Below are positions 25,787 to 29,998 of a stretch of 29,998 nucleotides of DNA, piece by piece. The notes beneath the pieces are model-generated. The model was not told the DNA's origin. It worked only from the letters and a program-made list of their open reading frames with translations, and did no database searches. Within the stretch, counting starts at the first letter, position 1. Each line of letters begins with the position of its first letter. The DNA is from Candidatus Eiseniibacteriota bacterium (GTDB lineage Bacteria; Eisenbacteria; RBG-16-71-46), in the NCBI GenBank assembly GCA_031364845.1, contig JANLWX010000082.1:1-29998 (forward strand). The letters are read 5' to 3'. The translations under genes were made by a program, and so were the position numbers.

Positions 25787-27883
25787 TCAGTCCAAAATCA
25801 CGATCTGGCGCAGGCGCTGGAGGGCACCCTGGCTGAGCTTCACGACGTAGAGTCCCGGTGGCAGATGTTCGCGGTTTCCAAGTGTGATCTCGTGACTGCC
25901 CGGATCGAGGCTGACCGCTTCCCGATGCGCCACGCGCCTGCCGGCGGCGTCGAGCAGATCGAACTGGACCGTCTCCGATGTTCCGAGTGTGAAGCGCACC
26001 ACGATCTCCCCCCGTGTCGGGTTCGGGAACGCCGTATCCAGCGTGAACGTGGGAGCCAGCGGTAGCCGCAGGTCACGGCCCGGATCCAGCGGCAATGGCG
26101 TGACGTTGAAGCCCGCGGTACAACTCGGATGGGGAGGCGAGTGCCCGAGGCAGCGCAGCACACGGAAGTCGAGCGCATCCTGAATCGTTCCGCTCGCCAG
26201 CCCGGCGCAGCGCGAAGCGACCACCGCGGCGGTTGAAGGGGGTGGATTCACGCCGCACGGCGCGCCGATGTCGGGGCAGTTGCCGACGTTGATCAGTTCG
26301 AGCCCCAGGCGATTGCCGGTGACGGTCGCGTCCAGCATGCCCGAGACCACGATGCCGAGTTCGACGCGTGCCGAGCACGCGAGCGCCGGCCAGCCCAGGG
26401 AGTTGTTGACGAACGTCGCACCTCTGCCCATGTCGGGCGGACCGCTCCATGCGGCCGCTGCGGTTCCGACCAACATACCCACATCGAAGTGGCCATCGCC
26501 GGACCAGATGAAGTTGTTCTCGAATCGCGTTCCGGCGAAGTCGTACTCCTTTTGATAGTTGCCGTAGAGCGGGTCGGCGCCCAAAGCCGCCCACGCGGCG
26601 TTGCCGGAGCTGAGCACGCTGTTGCGACGCGCGACCGATCGCTGCCTCGTGGACTCGGTACCTTTGAAGATCACGATCCCGACGTCGGTCACATCGACGA
26701 TCTGGTTGTCCTCGATCAACGTGTTCTCGCACGACGCCGAGATCCCATCGGCCCAGACGTTCGGTGCGTCGGGCTTCGAGTGACAGCTCGTGTATTCGGT
26801 GATCAGATTCCGTTGTACGTTGACCGCGTTGCACTCGGCGCCCGAGCTCATGCCGTTGACGAGGATGTTGGTCCAACCGGCGCTGTTGCTGATGCGGCAA
26901 CCGGAGATCTCGGCACCATCGCCGCCAGCGAATGCGACGTTCATGTCGGCGACGTTCGGTTCGATCGGACCGCGCTGGCCGTCGACCCACACGTCCTGCA
27001 GCTTCGCGTGTCCCACCGACACGCCGCTCAGGGTCACACGGTTGAGCAGCACGAGCGGGCCACCAAAATTGCTCCCGCGCACCAGGCGCGCCATGAGGGC
27101 GTACTGGACGCTGGAGAACGGGTTCCATCCGCCGGCCGGGGCGCGCGTGCGTATGACGACGTTCCCGGAAATCAGCAGGGTCGAGTTCAGTCGAAACACC
27201 GCCTGCGGGGCCAGCTCGATCGTGGCGGTTCCCGAGGGTCCGGCCTGGATCGATGCGCAGTAGATCGCGTTCTGCAAGGCATCCGAGTCCGCGAAGTCGG
27301 ACCGGCACTGTCCGAAGCCGACGCACGCTGCGGGACAGTCGAGGATCTCGAAGGCGGGTTTCGCGAACGGAACATCGATCGCCGGATACTGCGGCCCGCC
27401 GAATCCGTAGAAGTCCTGAACACAGATCTTCGGGGCGAGGGTCACGAACTCCGCGCCATTCAAGATCCCCTCGAGAACCGACGACCACGGCGTGCTGCGA
27501 TAGTCACTCAGCCGGGTGTTGAACTCCTGAAGCGTCGGTTCGCGGTTGAGTATGCCGCGATAAAGGGTCAGAATTCTGGCGATCGAATCCGCGGTCGTCG
27601 CGCCGCTGCCTTTGGGGTAGTTGCCCGCGTACTCGGCCGCCAAAGGATGCATGGGAGAATCGTAGAACTGACGAGCCCAGGACTTGAGGGTCTCGATCGA
27701 GCACCCGGCTTTGCGGAACGACTGGACCGAGAGTCCGTATCCGGTGGAATCGGGAATGCGTCCGAGCGCTTCGGTATAGGTCTTCGCGATGAATTGATGC
27801 GGGACGGTCTCTGCGAGGCAGGGTTGGGCGGGCTCGGCTGAACACGCGACCGCGACGATGAAGATGAACCCGATGCGCCTCAC
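25787..27883 (-). CDS. Secreted protein: two DUF4214-like helical repeats, right-handed beta-helix, C-terminal T9SS/FlgD-like domain
   Basis: GGAGGT RBS before GTG 27883; FIAKTYTEALGRIPD and ILTLYRGILNREP; Asn-ladder repeats (WADGISASCENTLIEDNQIVDVTDVGIVIF); C-terminal FPNPT...LLDAAGRRV...LPPGLYVVKL. Confidence 0.85.
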   Translation of the reverse strand: MRRIGFIFIVAVACSAEPAQPCLAETVPHQFIAKTYTEALGRIPDSTGYGLSVQSFRKAGCSIETLKSWARQFYDSPMHPLAAEYAGNYPKGSGATTADSIARILTLYRGILNREPTLQEFNTRLSDYRSTPWSSVLEGILNGAEFVTLAPKICVQDFYGFGGPQYPAIDVPFAKPAFEILDCPAACVGFGQCRSDFADSDALQNAIYCASIQAGPSGTATIELAPQAVFRLNSTLLISGNVVIRTRAPAGGWNPFSSVQYALMARLVRGSNFGGPLVLLNRVTLSGVSVGHAKLQDVWVDGQRGPIEPNVADMNVAFAGGDGAEISGCRISNSAGWTNILVNGMSSGAECNAVNVQRNLITEYTSCHSKPDAPNVWADGISASCENTLIEDNQIVDVTDVGIVIFKGTESTRQRSVARRNSVLSSGNAAWAALGADPLYGNYQKEYDFAGTRFENNFIWSGDGHFDVGMLVGTAAAAWSGPPDMGRGATFVNNSLGWPALACSARVELGIVVSGMLDATVTGNRLGLELINVGNCPDIGAPCGVNPPPSTAAVVASRCAGLASGTIQDALDFRVLRCLGHSPPHPSCTAGFNVTPLPLDPGRDLRLPLAPTFTLDTAFPNPTRGEIVVRFTLGTSETVQFDLLDAAGRRVAHREAVSLDPGSHEITLGNREHLPPGLYVVKLSQGALQRLRQIVILD

Positions 27884-27912
27884 GCTCGACCTCCAGAGGA
27901 GTTGACCCGGCG

Positions 27913-29998
27913 ATGGTATCACCTTCGTTGCGCATCCGCGGTCGGGTATCTGCTCTCCACAGCCTCGGGTGGATCCTGCTCCTCCTATCGGTCGCTGCGA
28001 ATCCCGGGCGGACGCAGACCGTCGACCAAGCGTTGTGGGTCACCGACGGCCCGGTGTTCTCTGTGGTCGCGAGCGGCGGAACGCTCTACCTCGGCGGAGG
28101 ATTCCGCCGCGTCGGGCCCGCGACCGGCGCAGCCGTGCCGTTGGCACTTTCGAGCGGAGTTCCGGCCGCATCGTTCCCGAAGGTCGCCGGGCGAGTGTAT
28201 GCCGTGACGCCGGATGGAGTCGGTGGCTGGTTCCTCGCGGGCGGTTTCACGCACGTCGGCGGCGTGGCGCGATCGAACCTCGCGCGATTGGCCTCGGATC
28301 TGTCGGTCACCTCCTGGAACCCGGGGGCGAACAATGAGGTCCGCACGCTCGCGGTGCGCGGTTCGACGTTGTATGTGGGCGGCCGGTTCACGAGCGTGGG
28401 CGGACAGACCCGCCGCTACCTCGCGGCGCTCGATGTGTCGAGCGGTGCCGTGCGCTCGTGGAATCCGAATCTCGTGGGCAATAGCGTGCTCGCGCTGGTC
28501 GCGAACTCATCCACCGTTTATGCGGGCGGGATCTTCACGAGCGTGGCCGGCCAGCTGCGCGGATGCATCGCGGCCATCGATTCCGCGACCGGTGCGCCGA
28601 CCGCGTGGAATCCAAATGCCAACAGCAATGTGAATGCACTGGCGCTCGTTGGAACGACGGTGTATGCCGGTGGCAACTTTACGAACATCGGCGGGCAGCC
28701 GCGCGACTACATCGCGGCACTCAGCACGGCGACCGGCAACGCGTCCCCATGGAATCCGAACGCCGACAACTACATTCAGACTCTGACCGTGAACGGAGCA
28801 ACGGTCTATGCGGGTGGGTCGTTCTCGATGATCGGAGGGCAGTCGCGCGCCAATATCGCCGCGATCGATGCCGCGAGCGGTGCCGCTGCGACCTGGAATC
28901 CGGCGGCCAATGCGAAGGTCAACGCGCTCGTGGTGGCCGGCTCGACGGTGTACGCGGGAGGGGAGTTCACGAGCATCGGCGGGCAAACGCGCAGGCGCAT
29001 CGCGGCACTGAGTGCCGCCACCGGGCTCGCCGTGGCGGGATGGGATCCGAACGCGAACAACGTGATCCTGGGGATCGCGGTGAACGGCTCGACCCTGTAT
29101 GCGGTCGGTGGGATCACGAGCATGGGTGGGGTGGATCGCAACTACATTGCCGCACTCGATTCCGCGACCGGAGCGGCCAAGACCTGGAATCCGAATGCCA
29201 ACGGTCCGGTGAACGTGCTCGCCCTCCGCGGCACCACGATGTATGCGGGTGGAGTGTTCAGCACGATCGGCGGCCAGTCGCGCTTGAACCTCGCCGCGCT
29301 CGACACCGGCACCGGTGTGGCGACCTCGTGGAATCCGGGCGCCAACAATCCGGTCTATGCGCTGTCGGTATCGGGCTCGAAGGTCTACGCCGGCGGGACG
29401 TTCACGACGATCGGAGGGCAGCCGCGCAATCGAATCGCCGCGATCGATGTCACAAGCGGGACGGCGGCCGCGTGGAACCCGGGTTCGGACGGCGTGGTCG
29501 CGACGCTGGCGCGCAGTGGATCGAAATTCTACGTCGGCGGTGAATTTACGAGCATCGGCGGGCAGTTGCGCCAGAACCTCGCGGCACTCGACACGACGAG
29601 TGATGCCGCGGCCGGCTGGAATCCCGGCGCGAGCCATCGGGTCGAGGCTGTGGCCGTCGCTGGATCGACCGTGTACACCGGTGGGCACTTCGATGCGATC
29701 GGCGGCCAGTCGCGCAACCGCATCGCCGCGCTCGATGCGACGACGGGCGTGGCGACCGATTGGAACCCGAACGCCAGTGACTATGTGTTGGCAGTCATGG
29801 CTCATGGCGGAACCGTCTATGCTGGCGGCGTGTTCATCGGCATCGGTGCGTTGTCACGGAATCGCGTCGTCGCATGGAGTGATGCGACCGGACTGCCGGT
29901 CGATTGGAATCCGAACGTGAGCGGAGCGTATCCGTTCGTGTTCTCGCGGGTGAGCGCGTTCGCCGTGAGTGGAACGCGGATCTATCTCGGCGGCGACT
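27913..29998 (+). CDS. Large secreted beta-propeller repeat protein, 3'-truncated by window edge (absent from ORF track)
   Basis: Frame 1 is open from ATG 27913 to the end: MVSPSLRIRGRVSALHSLGWILLLLSVAANPGRTQTVDQALWVTDGPV...; AGGAG upstream; tandem repeats WNPxAxxxVxALxxxGxTVYAGGxFTxIGGQxRxxIAALDxxTG. Confidence 0.92.
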   Translation, partial: MVSPSLRIRGRVSALHSLGWILLLLSVAANPGRTQTVDQALWVTDGPVFSVVASGGTLYLGGGFRRVGPATGAAVPLALSSGVPAASFPKVAGRVYAVTPDGVGGWFLAGGFTHVGGVARSNLARLASDLSVTSWNPGANNEVRTLAVRGSTLYVGGRFTSVGGQTRRYLAALDVSSGAVRSWNPNLVGNSVLALVANSSTVYAGGIFTSVAGQLRGCIAAIDSATGAPTAWNPNANSNVNALALVGTTVYAGGNFTNIGGQPRDYIAALSTATGNASPWNPNADNYIQTLTVNGATVYAGGSFSMIGGQSRANIAAIDAASGAAATWNPAANAKVNALVVAGSTVYAGGEFTSIGGQTRRRIAALSAATGLAVAGWDPNANNVILGIAVNGSTLYAVGGITSMGGVDRNYIAALDSATGAAKTWNPNANGPVNVLALRGTTMYAGGVFSTIGGQSRLNLAALDTGTGVATSWNPGANNPVYALSVSGSKVYAGGTFTTIGGQPRNRIAAIDVTSGTAAAWNPGSDGVVATLARSGSKFYVGGEFTSIGGQLRQNLAALDTTSDAAAGWNPGASHRVEAVAVAGSTVYTGGHFDAIGGQSRNRIAALDATTGVATDWNPNASDYVLAVMAHGGTVYAGGVFIGIGALSRNRVVAWSDATGLPVDWNPNVSGAYPFVFSRVSAFAVSGTRIYLGGD
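28315..29998 (+). repeat. Degenerate coding tandem repeat, 144/147-bp period
   Basis: W(N/D)P codons start at 28315, 28459, 28606, 28750, 28894, 29041, 29185, 29329, 29473, 29617, 29761 and 29905. Confidence 0.93.

Noticed and set aside
28315..29998. 144-bp periodicity as a CRISPR array or DGR template/variable repeat
   Set aside because: Repeats are degenerate, in-frame protein repeats with no identical repeat-spacer structure; no cas or reverse transcriptase gene in the window.

Overview
GC-rich (roughly two-thirds by eye) bacterial chromosomal segment with about 23 genes. It holds two OmpR-family two-component systems, a heterodimeric ABC exporter, a MacB/FtsX-type ABC operon, an AspT/YidE antiporter, and a sigma54-dependent response regulator followed by a hybrid histidine kinase. 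It also holds an unusual density of secreted proteins. Three end in a FlgD-Ig/T9SS-like C-terminal domain: a Kelch propeller, an M12 metalloprotease and a DUF4214/beta-helix protein. One ends in a short 'TWGRVKSLYR' tail. One is a 48-aa-repeat beta-propeller missing from the ORF track because it runs off the window. This cargo style suggests a candidate-phylum organism such as Ca. Eisenbacteria (inference). No rRNA, tRNA, CRISPR array, transposase, integrase or phage genes were seen. Most notable observations: (i) two coexisting putative C-terminal sorting signals; (ii) an identically spaced promoter motif GARACA-N5-GACA-N11-(-10) in front of two loci flanking an OmpR system; (iii) two divergent secreted-protein genes only 29 bp apart with back-to-back, mutually pairing Shine-Dalgarno sites; (iv) a DUF3039-like zinc-binding microprotein; (v) an internally deleted methyltransferase remnant; (vi) a sigma54 promoter between the activator and the hybrid kinase. 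Family assignments come from recalled motifs, not database searches.
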